Part shown: one piece after another, positions 18,006-27,372 of the stretch
Layout of the letters: the number at the start of each line of letters is the position of its first letter
Numbering within the stretch: position 1 is the stretch's first letter
Origin: Spirochaetales bacterium
GTDB lineage: Bacteria > Spirochaetota > Spirochaetia > JABEVK01
Assembly (NCBI GenBank): GCA_037142615.1
Contig: JBAXAI010000019.1
Location: 8,878 to 72,877, forward strand
Reading direction: 5' to 3'
Length of the DNA stretch: 64,000 bases
Made by a program: the position numbers and the translations under genes
Notes under the pieces: generated by a model
Database searches by the model: none
Told to the model about the DNA's origin: nothing
What the model saw: only the letters and a program-made list of their open reading frames with translations

Positions 18006-18332
18006 TCAGATCAGCTTGTTGATGAGCAACCCCACAGCATCTTTGATGCTCTTGTGAAGTTTTTGCAGCTCAACAGCAGGCATCTCCCTGATAACCTTGT
18101 CGGTATCTGCGTCAATGACTTTAACGATCACATCGTTGGTGTCATGATCGACGCTAAAAGTCAGCCTGTGGTTCATCACTTGGCTCAACGAGTTCATCTG
18201 GGTGACGGTATGCTGAATCTCGGCAGGGGCCTGGGCTTGCGCCTGGACGACTCGGGTTTCAGCGGCTGAGGCACTCGCTGGATGAAGACTGAGGCGGGAG
18301 GCATGAAGCGTGCTGGAAATATCAATGGCCAT
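18006..18332 (-). CDS. flaG: Flagellar protein FlaG
   Basis: LTFSVDHDTNDVIVKVIDADTDKVIREMP...GLLINKLI. Confidence 0.93.
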   Translation of the reverse strand: MAIDISSTLHASRLSLHPASASAAETRVVQAQAQAPAEIQHTVTQMNSLSQVMNHRLTFSVDHDTNDVIVKVIDADTDKVIREMPAVELQKLHKSIKDAVGLLINKLI

Positions 18333-18344
18333 GGTTTCCTCCTG

Positions 18345-18379
18345 AAAGGAAGAAGAAGGGGGACGCGGCCCCTCCTTCT
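18345..18379 (-). terminator. Weak intrinsic terminator/hairpin between flaB and flaG
   Basis: AGAAGGAGGGG-CCGCGT-CCCCCTTCT followed by a pyrimidine tract. Confidence 0.45.
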
Positions 18380-18433
18380 GTCGACGAAAGTTCTTGAAGA
18401 GAAGACGTCCAGAATTCTCTCTTTGGAACCTGA

Positions 18434-19291
18434 TTAACCGAGCAGCTGGGTGACAGAGCGGGTATTGACGTTCGCTTGAGCGAGCATCGCGTTCCCGGCG
18501 TTCGACAAGACCTGGTTCTTGGTGTAGTTCACCATGGCACCAGCCATATCGACGTCACGGATGCGGCTTTCGCTGGCGGTGAGGTTTTCACCCGCGATCT
18601 GCACACCCTTGTAAGCCATTTCGAAGCGGTTCTGGTACGCACCGAGGTCGGCGCGCTGCTTACTGATCTTCTCATTGGCGGCGTCCAGCTTGGTAAGAGC
18701 CAGGTTGGCCGAGTCGGGGGAACCAAGAGAAATCGTCTGTCGGCCCTGTGCGGTTTCGCTCTGGAGTCCCAAGGCGAGGCCGGTCATGGTCCCGATATAA
18801 ATTCTCTTGTTTTGGTCTGCGTTGGCACCGACCTGGATTTGCATCACAGAGGCGTTGGCATTGTCGCGGGAGTAGCCTCCGGTCAGCATGTTCATGGTGT
18901 TGAACTGTGCATGGCTGGCGACGCGGTTGATTTCGTCGACAAGCTGGGAGACTTCCACCTGAATCTGCTGGCGGTCACTCTGGGTGTAAATACCGTTGGA
19001 TGCCTGAACAGCCAGTTCCCGGACGCGGTGAACAATATCCTGAGTTTCCTGCAGGTAACCTTCGGTGGTCTGAATGAAGGAAATCCCGTTCTGGATGTTC
19101 TGTCCGGCCTGGTTCAAGCCGCGGATCTGGGAACGCATCTTTTCAGAAACGGCCAGTCCGGAGGCGTCATCAGAAGCGCTGTTGATGCGTTGGCCCGAGC
19201 TCAGCTTGCTAAGGTCCTTCTGGATCTCAGACTGAGTGGTACCAAGTACACGGTTGGCGTTGATGGCGCTCATGTTGTGGTTAATGATCAT
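18434..19291 (-). CDS. flaB: Periplasmic flagellar core flagellin FlaB
   Basis: [46 protein letters not shown]. Confidence 0.98.
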   Translation of the reverse strand: MIINHNMSAINANRVLGTTQSEIQKDLSKLSSGQRINSASDDASGLAVSEKMRSQIRGLNQAGQNIQNGISFIQTTEGYLQETQDIVHRVRELAVQASNGIYTQSDRQQIQVEVSQLVDEINRVASHAQFNTMNMLTGGYSRDNANASVMQIQVGANADQNKRIYIGTMTGLALGLQSETAQGRQTISLGSPDSANLALTKLDAANEKISKQRADLGAYQNRFEMAYKGVQIAGENLTASESRIRDVDMAGAMVNYTKNQVLSNAGNAMLAQANVNTRSVTQLLG

Positions 19292-19295
19292 GTTT

Positions 19296-19333
19296 ACCCT
19301 CCTGGATTCATCAAAGGTATTCCTTTACCTTTG
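19296..19333 (-). promoter_or_regulatory. Candidate CsrA sites (GGA-loop hairpins) in flaB leader
   Basis: CAAAGGTA-AAGGAA-TACCTTTG, plus ATCC-AGGA-GGGT overlapping the SD. Confidence 0.65.
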
Positions 19334-19488
19334 CCTTGCTTTTAGGAACCGCAAAAAACCACGCGTCGTTTTTCGGCGGAACCGGTCGAACAAGGAGCTG
19401 GAGTTTCGTCACGTCACGGATGACGGCCAAAACCCCACGTCCTTGTTGACCTGGGCAGGTGAACCAGAAGAGCACTGTCAAAGAGCGG

Positions 19489-19548
19489 AAAAAAAACAGG
19501 CAGGGCAACCCAGGAGGCGCTTCCGCGTCGCCCAAGACCACCCTGCCT
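19489..19548 (-). terminator. Intrinsic terminator after upstream flaB
   Basis: Long hairpin AGGCAGGG...CCCTGCCT followed by G-T8. Confidence 0.8.
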
Positions 19549-19562
19549 TATAGAATAGACCC

Positions 19563-20423
19563 TTAGCCCAACAATTGCAAGGTCGATTGTGACCTTTGGT
19601 TGGCCTGCGCGAGCATGGCGTTCCCGGATTGGACCAGAATCTGGTTCTTCGTGTAGTCAACCATCTGCTTAGCCATGTCGACGTCGCGGATGCGGCTTTC
19701 GCTGGCCTGCATGTTCTCGGCTCCGATGTCCAGACCCTTCACCGCAAACTCAAGGCGGTTCTGGTAGGCACCGAGGTCGGCCCTCTGCTTGCTGACCTTG
19801 TTGAGGGCAGCGTCGAAGGTCATGATGGCGCGGTTCGCTTCGTCGGGCGTGGCGAGGTCGATCTTCTTGCCGGTGCCGATGTCTTTCAGACCCAGGGCAG
19901 TGGCGCTCATCGTACCCACGTACACACGGGTGCGCTGGTCCACGTTGGCTCCGATATGGAAGTACATGGAAGCGGTGATCGTGTTCGTGCCTTCGGCCTT
20001 GGCGAACGAGCCGGTCAACATGTTCATGCCGTTGAACTGGGCGTGGCTGGCAACCCGGTCAATTTCATCCACGAGCTGGCTGACTTCGACCTGGATCTGC
20101 TGGCGGTCCTTGGCGGTATAGATACCGTTTGAGGACTGCACGGACAGTTCGCGCAGACGCTGGAGAATGTCCTGACTTTCCTGCAGATAGCCTTCCGTGG
20201 TCTGAATGAACGAGATCCCGTCGGAAGCGTTGCGGGAAGCCTGATTCAACCCGCGGATCTGGGAACGCATCTTCTCCGATACGGCCAGGCCCGAGGCGTC
20301 ATCGCCGGCGCGGTTGATCCGCAGACCGGAAGACAGCTTCTCCATGCTCTTCGTGACTTCCTTGACGGAGTCACTCTGAACGCGCTGAGCGTTGATAGCG
20401 CTCATGTTGTGGTTGATGATCAT
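19563..20423 (-). CDS. flaB: Periplasmic flagellar core flagellin FlaB
   Basis: [38 protein letters not shown]. Confidence 0.98.
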   Translation of the reverse strand: MIINHNMSAINAQRVQSDSVKEVTKSMEKLSSGLRINRAGDDASGLAVSEKMRSQIRGLNQASRNASDGISFIQTTEGYLQESQDILQRLRELSVQSSNGIYTAKDRQQIQVEVSQLVDEIDRVASHAQFNGMNMLTGSFAKAEGTNTITASMYFHIGANVDQRTRVYVGTMSATALGLKDIGTGKKIDLATPDEANRAIMTFDAALNKVSKQRADLGAYQNRLEFAVKGLDIGAENMQASESRIRDVDMAKQMVDYTKNQILVQSGNAMLAQANQRSQSTLQLLG

Positions 20424-20534
20424 AATATTCCTCCTTGAATATTACGTTCCTGCCCGAACCGAAGTTCGAGCCCCAAACCGAGGTTTGGGAGACGTCAGAA
20501 ACCAATCTTGAGTGGGGCCGAATCCATTCGACCC
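20424..20534 (-). promoter_or_regulatory. Structured flaB 5' leader with GGA-loop (CsrA-like) hairpins
   Basis: GGGTCGAA-TGGA-TTCGGCCC; CCCAAAC-CTCG-GTTTGGG; CTCGAAC-TTCG-GTTCGGG; AATATTC-AAGGAG-GAATATT enclosing the SD. Confidence 0.65.
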
Positions 20535-20536
20535 TC

Positions 20537-21463
20537 TCACCTTAAGTGATCGGTGTTCGGCAAAAATACTTGAAAGGATTGTTGCAACCACTGCGAAGTC
20601 GCGGGGTCGACCGTGGCGACCAGGGGAGGCAGACCCGGGCAGTTCAGGCGCCAGGCGTGGAGGAACCAAGGAACGGGACCCTCAGCCAGCCGGGTTGCAC
20701 CGTAGCGCGTGTCACCGGCGAGGGGCAGTCCCAAGTGCGCGCAATGGGCCCGAATCTGATGAGTGCGTCCGGTCTCAATTTTGACCCGGGCCAGAGTCCG
20801 CCCCGCGACCACCGCCAAGGGGGTCACAAGACTGCGTGCACTCCTGCCGGAGTCTGCAACGGTCGTGACCTGTCCGTCCTCACGCTCCAGCGGCGCATCC
20901 ACCAGAACCTCGGTTTGGAGCGTCCCCTGCAGCAGGGCCAGGTACTCCTTGCTAACCAACCCGGACTGGAGGGCCCCGGAAAAGTGGCGGGCGCCCTCCA
21001 GGCTGGCCGAGAATACCAGCACACCCGAAGTGAAGCGGTCAAGGCGGTGCAGCGGACCCGGTCGGAAGGAGAGGCTTGCCGAGAGGGTACCTGCCAGGTA
21101 GTCACGCACCCTTTCGTCTAGAGCGATCTCGCCGCTGCGGGCCGCCTGCACTAGCTCACCCGACGGCTTGTTGAGCACGAGAAAGTCTTTGTCTTGAAAA
21201 AGGATAGCTCCTGGCGGGAGCAAGGAATGACGGTCCTTTCTGTCGGAATGAGGGTTCTGGGAAAGCAGTTTGTCCCACACCGAAATCAAGTCTCCTTCGG
21301 CAATCCGTGCTTCCCCGGAGGCTTTTTGTCCATTGAGGCGGATGTCGCCTCGACGCACGGCCTTTTGCAGCGCCGAGAGCCCGAGTGAGGGCAGCAACCG
21401 TCGCAAGAGTACGTCAAAGCGCCGTCCGGCGTCGTCTCTCCCCGCAATAAACTCCTGTTTCAT
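20537..21463 (-). CDS. RluA-family pseudouridine synthase with S4 domain
   Basis: HRLDRFTSG, TGRTHQIRAH, GDTRYG, FLHA. Confidence 0.95.
   Translation of the reverse strand: MKQEFIAGRDDAGRRFDVLLRRLLPSLGLSALQKAVRRGDIRLNGQKASGEARIAEGDLISVWDKLLSQNPHSDRKDRHSLLPPGAILFQDKDFLVLNKPSGELVQAARSGEIALDERVRDYLAGTLSASLSFRPGPLHRLDRFTSGVLVFSASLEGARHFSGALQSGLVSKEYLALLQGTLQTEVLVDAPLEREDGQVTTVADSGRSARSLVTPLAVVAGRTLARVKIETGRTHQIRAHCAHLGLPLAGDTRYGATRLAEGPVPWFLHAWRLNCPGLPPLVATVDPATSQWLQQSFQVFLPNTDHLR
20547..20573 (-). promoter_or_regulatory. sigma28 (FliA) promoter of flaB
   Basis: TCAA-N15-ACCGATCA, inside the 3' end of the RluA gene. Confidence 0.7.
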
Positions 21464-21537
21464 GGCTCAGGCTAACCGGGGAGGGGAAGGCGGTCAACCT
21501 TGACAAACGGCGGTGACCGAGTGAAACTCACCTTTGC

Positions 21538-22005
21538 ATGGAAACCCTTGCATCCATCATCGCCAACCCAATTTTTCTCTCCACGGTGTTTGCATGGTTC
21601 TCGGCGCAGTTCATCAAGGCCTTGATTTCGCTGGTTCGTAACCGGGCGCATGGTAGCAAGCGGGACCTCCTGATGACCATGGTTTGGACCACCGGGGGCA
21701 TGCCCTCCAGCCATTCGTCGGTTGTTTGCGCACTGACAACTGCCCTGGGATTTCAGACGGGCTTCGATTCGCCCTTGTTTCTTACCAGCCTTTGTTTTTC
21801 TGCGTTGGCCATCCGTGACGCTCTGGGCGTTCGTCAAGCGGCGGGCAATCTGGCCCGCACACTTAATCAAGTGCTTCCAGATCTCAACACCCATCTGGGA
21901 ACCTCGTACAAGCCGGTCAAGGAAATCCACGGTCACAAGGGCTCAGAAGTCGTCGTGGGCATGATTCTTGGGATCTTTTTGGCGGCGGCTTTCTGCAACC
22001 TCTAG
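21538..22005 (+). CDS. Divergent PAP2 family membrane protein (DUF212)
   Basis: TGGMPSSHS, RDALGVRQAAG, IHGHKGSEV. Confidence 0.92.
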   Translation: METLASIIANPIFLSTVFAWFSAQFIKALISLVRNRAHGSKRDLLMTMVWTTGGMPSSHSSVVCALTTALGFQTGFDSPLFLTSLCFSALAIRDALGVRQAAGNLARTLNQVLPDLNTHLGTSYKPVKEIHGHKGSEVVVGMILGIFLAAAFCNL

Positions 22006-22658
22006 TGTTTCGACTCTTGGGTTTGTTGGCGGTCTTGACCCTCAAGGGTGTTGCGTCCGCCGAAGAACCAGCCCAAGTCGATCTTGCTACCACCGAGATC
22101 TCAGGCTTTTCGGGACTGGAAGAGGTGCCGGTAGCCAGCCTCAAGGTCCGCCTCATTCCCGAGGACCCCCGCTGGGACCCTTGGCTCGAGGCACTGCTCC
22201 TGGACCAACGTCAACCCGTACCTGAACTTAGTGTGGATTCCCCCCGTTTTGTAGCCGGGGTGGCACTTCTGAGCGGTGGGATGCTCTTTGCTCTGCTGGT
22301 GGCTCTATCGTCTTCCCGCCGCCGCTGGCGCCCGTGGCTTTCTTGTGCCGCAGTCTTCACAATCGGGCTCGTCTTGGTTACGAGCGGCGGCGGTGGCAAC
22401 CCCGCTCAACCTCCGCCGTCTTTGGCCGAACTGTACCGCCACCATCTTTGGTTTCAGGCCGCGTTTCCCTATGGCGGAACTTGGGATGACTATGCGCCTG
22501 GTAAGCCGATTAACCTTCCAGAGTATCGAAGGAGTGCCGGTCGGCTTGTTGAGGAGCAGACTCCTGTCGTGGTTCCCGACGCCGCCTGGGAAGGCCGATG
22601 GCTCGCTCAAATTTCCGAGCGGAACGTGGCCCGTTCGCTGGCTCTTGGCGTCCCTTGA
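22005..22658 (+). CDS. Hypothetical membrane protein
   Basis: Signal-like N-terminus plus two TM segments; coupled to the PAP2 gene. Confidence 0.6.
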   Translation: MFRLLGLLAVLTLKGVASAEEPAQVDLATTEISGFSGLEEVPVASLKVRLIPEDPRWDPWLEALLLDQRQPVPELSVDSPRFVAGVALLSGGMLFALLVALSSSRRRWRPWLSCAAVFTIGLVLVTSGGGGNPAQPPPSLAELYRHHLWFQAAFPYGGTWDDYAPGKPINLPEYRRSAGRLVEEQTPVVVPDAAWEGRWLAQISERNVARSLALGVP

Positions 22659-22711
22659 CTACCCTCAGGTGACAGGCTATTTTGAGCGGAACCGGGAGAG
22701 GTACCCCTGAA

Positions 22712-23986
22712 ATGAACCGAAGCAAGACCTTTCCGTTCGGCGGTATCCGGGTGGATTCCTTCCGCTCTTTGACGGAAAACCGTGGCGTGCAGTCCCTGTC
22801 CCTTCCTTCGCTTGCCGTGGTTCCACTTGTTCAGTATCACGGGGCGCGTGCAACTTGGGTGGTGGCCGTGGGCGAGAGCATCCGCGAGGAGCAATTGCTG
22901 GCAAAAGGCCTGGGGCCGGGTGATCTTGACGTGCATTCGCCCACGCCAGGCATTCTCCAGGAGTTCAGGGAGGTCCCGGTGCCGGGGGGGGGCGTTTCCA
23001 GCGCAGCGCTGATCCGCCTCGACGGGTCGTTCAATCGGACCGGCCGCGACGTGCCCGTTCGTGACTGGTCCGGGTGGTCTCCGGCCGAACTTCTGGAACA
23101 TATCCGCTCCTGCGGGGTCTACTTGGAGTCGAGCACTCTCGACAAAGCCGTCCGCCTTCCCGAGGCTTCTGTCGGCCTGGATGATCTGGTGATCAACGGA
23201 TTGCAACCCGAACCTTACCTCACGCTCGCACTTGCACTTCTCGATGAGAGATCTGCTGCCTTGGCTGAGGGCATCGAAATCCTGCGAAAGATTTACAGCC
23301 CGCTTCATACCCTGCTCGTCACCGACAGGGACGACACCTCGCCATGGCAGGCAGTGTCAGCTATTTCATTGCCAGGTGTAGAGTTGGTTTCCTTGGAGTA
23401 CAAGTTTCCACAGGCCCAGGCCGGTCTGCTGGCGAAGACCTTGAGCACCGGGCCCCGTTGTTTGATTATCGATGTCAACGGAGTTTTGTCGGTGCGGGAT
23501 GCGGTTGTGGAGGGGCGCCCCCAGATCGAGAGGACCGTGGTCCTTTCCGGGCAGGGGGCTCGGCACCCCGGCACCTACCGGGTACGGATCGGGACACCGC
23601 TTTTTCAATTCCTCAAGGATGCCGGCGGCATCAAGCCCAACAGCGAGAAAATTGTCGTCGGTGGTCCCTTCCAGGGTCGCCTCGCCGACAACTTGGCCAG
23701 TCCCATCGTCAAGTCCACCCAGGCCGTTCTTGTGCTCGCGAAGTCCGAGGTAAACACCGGAGTCTCGAGGGCCTGCATTCGCTGTGGTTCCTGTGTAAAG
23801 AGTTGTCCGGTGGGACTGGAACCGCTCAACCTGTACAAGCTTTTGCGCCAGGACAACGTCGTGCAAGCGCGCAATGACGGTTTGGACTTCTGCATCGGTT
23901 GCGGAATCTGCTCGTTTGTCTGTCCGTCTCGGTTGCCGCTCGTGGAGACGTTTCAGCGGGTTCAAGAGGAGACTTCCCGTGGATAG
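22712..23986 (+). CDS. rnfC: RnfC/RsxC-like electron transport subunit
   Basis: VHSPTPG, PEPYL, VRIGTP (SLBB), VGGP, two 4Fe-4S motifs CIRCGSCVKSCP and CIGCGICSFVCP. Confidence 0.85.
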   Translation: MNRSKTFPFGGIRVDSFRSLTENRGVQSLSLPSLAVVPLVQYHGARATWVVAVGESIREEQLLAKGLGPGDLDVHSPTPGILQEFREVPVPGGGVSSAALIRLDGSFNRTGRDVPVRDWSGWSPAELLEHIRSCGVYLESSTLDKAVRLPEASVGLDDLVINGLQPEPYLTLALALLDERSAALAEGIEILRKIYSPLHTLLVTDRDDTSPWQAVSAISLPGVELVSLEYKFPQAQAGLLAKTLSTGPRCLIIDVNGVLSVRDAVVEGRPQIERTVVLSGQGARHPGTYRVRIGTPLFQFLKDAGGIKPNSEKIVVGGPFQGRLADNLASPIVKSTQAVLVLAKSEVNTGVSRACIRCGSCVKSCPVGLEPLNLYKLLRQDNVVQARNDGLDFCIGCGICSFVCPSRLPLVETFQRVQEETSRG

Positions 23987-24968
23987 AACCCCCCAGTCCT
24001 TTGATAGTCTGACAAGCCTGAGGCTGCATCTGACACTTATCGCTTCCCTCTCGCCTGTGGCTCTTTTTGCCTGCCTGTCCGGGGGGTGGTATGTCGCCTT
24101 TGTCATAGTATCAACCATGTCAATTGCTTGGCTTGCCGACGCCGTCTTTCGATTTTGGGGTCCCCGGCGCGAACCTGAGGACTCTTCTGCCTTGTTGTGG
24201 GGCCTCACTTTGGCCCTTGTGATGCCCCCCTTGGTCCCGTTCTGGATTCCCTGGGCCGGGATTTTGTTCAGTATCCTTGCCAAAGGGTTGCTGGGAGGAA
24301 GCGGAGCTTCCTGGCTCAACCCGGCGCTGACTGCCTGGGCCTTCTGCCAGGCGGGTTGGCCTGCCGCCATGAGACCAGCCGTTTCACTTTCCGGAGCTTC
24401 GGACTCGCAGATCACTTCGATGCTCGCGACCCGGAGTTCCCTTGACCAGGGTGCCACGGACTGGCTCAATGGCAACATCTTTTCGTGGCTCAATTTACAA
24501 GTTCCGGCGGGTTACGTGGATCTCGTGACTGGCGTCGGTCTGCAATCGCATTCCTGGAATGCGGAAGCCGGAACCTTCTTCCTGCTCGCCGCGACCGTCT
24601 TCCTCCTGGTACGGGGAACCATCCCCTGGCAGATTCCCTTGTTCTTCTTCCTCGGGTTTGCTGTTCCCGTAGGAATATTCGGCGGTTTGCCAGCGGGCCA
24701 GGGGCTGTTTTCAGGCGATGTCCTTTTCCAGATCTTTTCGGGTACTTTTCTCCTGGGGATCTTTTTTCTGGCAACCGACACTTCGAGCCGCCCCCTGTCT
24801 TCCAGGGGCTTAACCCTTTACGCTTTGGGCGCCGGTGTTCTGGCTTTCGTCTTGAGAACCTGGGGAGTTCATGTCGAGGGCGTGGGTTACGCCATCCTGT
24901 TTATGAACTTTCTTGTCCCCTGGATGGACCTCGTTCTGCGCAAGAAAGTCCTTAACGATTTGCGCTGA
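23979..24968 (+). CDS. rnfD: RnfD/NqrB-like membrane subunit
   Basis: KGLLGGSGASWLNPA, GIFFLATD, EGVGYAILFMN. Confidence 0.85.
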   Translation: MDRTPQSFDSLTSLRLHLTLIASLSPVALFACLSGGWYVAFVIVSTMSIAWLADAVFRFWGPRREPEDSSALLWGLTLALVMPPLVPFWIPWAGILFSILAKGLLGGSGASWLNPALTAWAFCQAGWPAAMRPAVSLSGASDSQITSMLATRSSLDQGATDWLNGNIFSWLNLQVPAGYVDLVTGVGLQSHSWNAEAGTFFLLAATVFLLVRGTIPWQIPLFFFLGFAVPVGIFGGLPAGQGLFSGDVLFQIFSGTFLLGIFFLATDTSSRPLSSRGLTLYALGAGVLAFVLRTWGVHVEGVGYAILFMNFLVPWMDLVLRKKVLNDLR

Positions 24969-24997
24969 GCGTGCTACACTTGCCCCAAGGAATAACC

Positions 24998-25573
24998 GTG
25001 CGAATTGCTGATCTCATTTTTGCGTTTCTTCTGTCAAACAACGTTCTTTTTTCGCATTTTCTCGGTCTGAGCGAGCTCCTCGGTCCGGTTTCTTTTCAGA
25101 AGATTGCCCGCCGTTCCCTCATTCTTGGGGTCTTGATGGTCTTCAGCGGCGGTTTGTTTTGGGGGCTTTCCTGGGCGGTTCTGCAACCTTTTCATCTTTC
25201 TTTTCTCACAACGATCACGGCTGTTGCCTCGCTAGCCGCCGGCTACTGGCTGTACATTTGGCTGCGCCGCTCTACGGGCCGCGAGGCTTCGCTACCCGAC
25301 CCGCAGGAGTTCCTGTTTCACACGCTTTTGTTCGGTGGCGTTCTTCTGGCTGTCGGGGTTTCCAGGGATCCGCTGGAGTTTCTCGCGGTGGCCTTGGCGT
25401 CGGTTTTGGGCTATTCTTTGGGCCTCATCTTGCTTCACGCCGTATTCTTAAGAATGGCGCGTGAACGGATTCCCATCACCTTTCAGGGGCTTCCTTTTCA
25501 GCTTTTCACCTTAGGTTTGGTCTGGCTCGTCCTCAGCGGCTTGGACCTCCGTTTCGCCGGGAATGCCGGATGA
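24998..25573 (+). CDS. RnfA/E-like membrane subunit (Cys-less)
   Basis: SNNVLFSHFLGL and RERIPITFQGLP motifs; about 6 TM. Confidence 0.7.
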   Translation: MRIADLIFAFLLSNNVLFSHFLGLSELLGPVSFQKIARRSLILGVLMVFSGGLFWGLSWAVLQPFHLSFLTTITAVASLAAGYWLYIWLRRSTGREASLPDPQEFLFHTLLFGGVLLAVGVSRDPLEFLAVALASVLGYSLGLILLHAVFLRMARERIPITFQGLPFQLFTLGLVWLVLSGLDLRFAGNAG

Positions 25574-27372
25574 CGTTGGAACGGAGTCAACTCATTCTGG
25601 GATATTGCTTTACTCCCTCGGTCTTTGCGAGCGACGAGGAACTTGAGACCTACTATCAACTGGTGGCCAAGCCTTTCTTGACAGTCGCTTTCCGGTTTCC
25701 AGACGTCCATTTCACGGTTTTCTTTACCGGGCCCCTGTTGCATTGGCTTCAATCGCGCCATTCGGAGTACGTTGCCGTGCTCTCGGAAATGCTCAAGCGC
25801 AAGCAATTGGAGGTCCTCGGGGGAGGCTTCTTCGCACCCTTGCTACCGCTGATTCCTTCCGGTGATCGCCTGGGCCAGATTGAGGAGCTGACTACGGTCG
25901 TTCGCAAGCTGTTCGGTAAGCGTCCCCGCGGACTTTGGTTGACCAAAGGCGTCTGGGACCCGGTCCTTGTTTCGACCATTGCGGCCAGCGGCCTCGAGTT
26001 CACGTTTCTCGAAGAAAGAGAGTTCGAACGTCTGGGCCTTCCGGCCGATACGGCTCACCTGCCACGCCTGACGGAGTTTCAGGGACGTCTGCTGACAATC
26101 ATTCCATTCCACAGCCGCCTTTCTGCCGAAGTTGCGACGGGCCAACTCGACAGCTTCAAGGCTTGGTGCCGGCAGCCAGCGACTTCGTCCGCAGGCCTGA
26201 AAGGTCTCTTCCAATGCCTGGAACACCCGGAGGATGGCCGTCAGTTCAGCGGCGATTTGGGGGCTTTTGAGGCTTTCTTGGAGGCGGTTCGTTCTGAGAA
26301 TCTGGCGGTGGAAACCGTAACCCCTACGGCCCTCTTGAAAAGGCCGATGAACTTGGAACGAAGCTACTTCACCGGTACGACTTACGAGGAACTGACCTCG
26401 CGTCTGGGCCTTCCCGCCCCGTCGAGGGCTTCACTCCAAAGCTGGAAGCAGTTCCTGGCCGACGATCCTTCGGCGAACAGCCTGTACAACAAAATGGTCT
26501 ACGTCAATCTTCTGGTGTCTTCGCTCCGAGGGGACAAGTACAAGAAGAAGTCGGCCTACGAGGACCTTTGGAAAGCGCAGACAGCCTCAGGCTTCTTGGG
26601 AATGCCAGGAAGGGGCGATCTGCATGCTGAGAGGAAGAAGGCCTTTGGCGCACTCCTGAACGCCGAGGTCTTGCTACGCGACCAGAACACCTTTACAGAG
26701 GTTTTGAGCAGCCAAGACTTTGACCTGGACGGCATGAAGGAGTTTCTGTTTCAGGGCCAGAACTTCAATGTGTATGTCGATCCCGTCGGCGGGCAGGTTT
26801 TCGAATGGGACCATCTGGGCAGGCCTTGGAACTATGTCGGGGTTTCCGGGGGTTCGGGGCAACTGCAGCAGGTGTTTGTGGACAGGCTGTTCCGCACCGG
26901 GGCGCCCGAGGCCGATGCCAGCACCTTTGCTTCCCGCGAGTACAAACTGGTGGACTACAATCGCGATCGCAAATCCTTTCAGCTTCTGGCTGTCGATCAG
27001 CTCGAAGGGGAAACGGGCCAGCAACCCCTCAGGCTACGAAAGACGTTTCAGTTTAGCCGAGACAAGGTTGAGGTGGAGTACGAGCTTGAGCTTCTGGGCG
27101 GCCCTTCCTGGGAAGGCTGGTTCAGCAGCGAGCTCCACTTGACCTATCCTGAGCCCGACTTGGTCACTTGCCGTGAGCCTCAGGAAGCCGGGGTTACCAG
27201 TCGCGTGGTTCTCCACGATTCCGCGCAAAAGTCCCTGCACACCTGGTCTTGGTCGTGGCCGGCGCGCCTGACTTCGCTCGATGGTGCGCTCCTGCCACGC
27301 TGGTGGCTTATTCTGCATCCCGGTGAAGTTTGGAAGTGCCGCGTCAGTTTGGAATTGTCGGAAGCAGAGTGA
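25570..27372 (+). CDS. GH57 alpha-amylase/4-alpha-glucanotransferase-like protein
   Basis: EVLGGGFFAPLLPLIP..DRLGQIE, FGKRPRGLWL, QDFDLDGMKE, C-terminal beta-sandwich. Confidence 0.8.
   Translation: MTLERSQLILGYCFTPSVFASDEELETYYQLVAKPFLTVAFRFPDVHFTVFFTGPLLHWLQSRHSEYVAVLSEMLKRKQLEVLGGGFFAPLLPLIPSGDRLGQIEELTTVVRKLFGKRPRGLWLTKGVWDPVLVSTIAASGLEFTFLEEREFERLGLPADTAHLPRLTEFQGRLLTIIPFHSRLSAEVATGQLDSFKAWCRQPATSSAGLKGLFQCLEHPEDGRQFSGDLGAFEAFLEAVRSENLAVETVTPTALLKRPMNLERSYFTGTTYEELTSRLGLPAPSRASLQSWKQFLADDPSANSLYNKMVYVNLLVSSLRGDKYKKKSAYEDLWKAQTASGFLGMPGRGDLHAERKKAFGALLNAEVLLRDQNTFTEVLSSQDFDLDGMKEFLFQGQNFNVYVDPVGGQVFEWDHLGRPWNYVGVSGGSGQLQQVFVDRLFRTGAPEADASTFASREYKLVDYNRDRKSFQLLAVDQLEGETGQQPLRLRKTFQFSRDKVEVEYELELLGGPSWEGWFSSELHLTYPEPDLVTCREPQEAGVTSRVVLHDSAQKSLHTWSWSWPARLTSLDGALLPRWWLILHPGEVWKCRVSLELSEAE

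Noticed and set aside
19421-19447. sigma28 promoter for the downstream flaB (ACAA-N15-GCCGTCAT, minus strand)
   Set aside because: Mismatches in both boxes; too weak to call
19498-19548. SRP RNA or other ncRNA (long hairpin with GGAA loop)
   Set aside because: Lacks the SRP internal-loop consensus (CAGG...AGCAG); it follows the flaB stop and precedes a U-tract, so a terminator fits
18434-20423. Recent duplication or misassembly of flagellin
   Set aside because: The two FlaB sequences diverge substantially, and multiple FlaB paralogs are normal in spirochaetes
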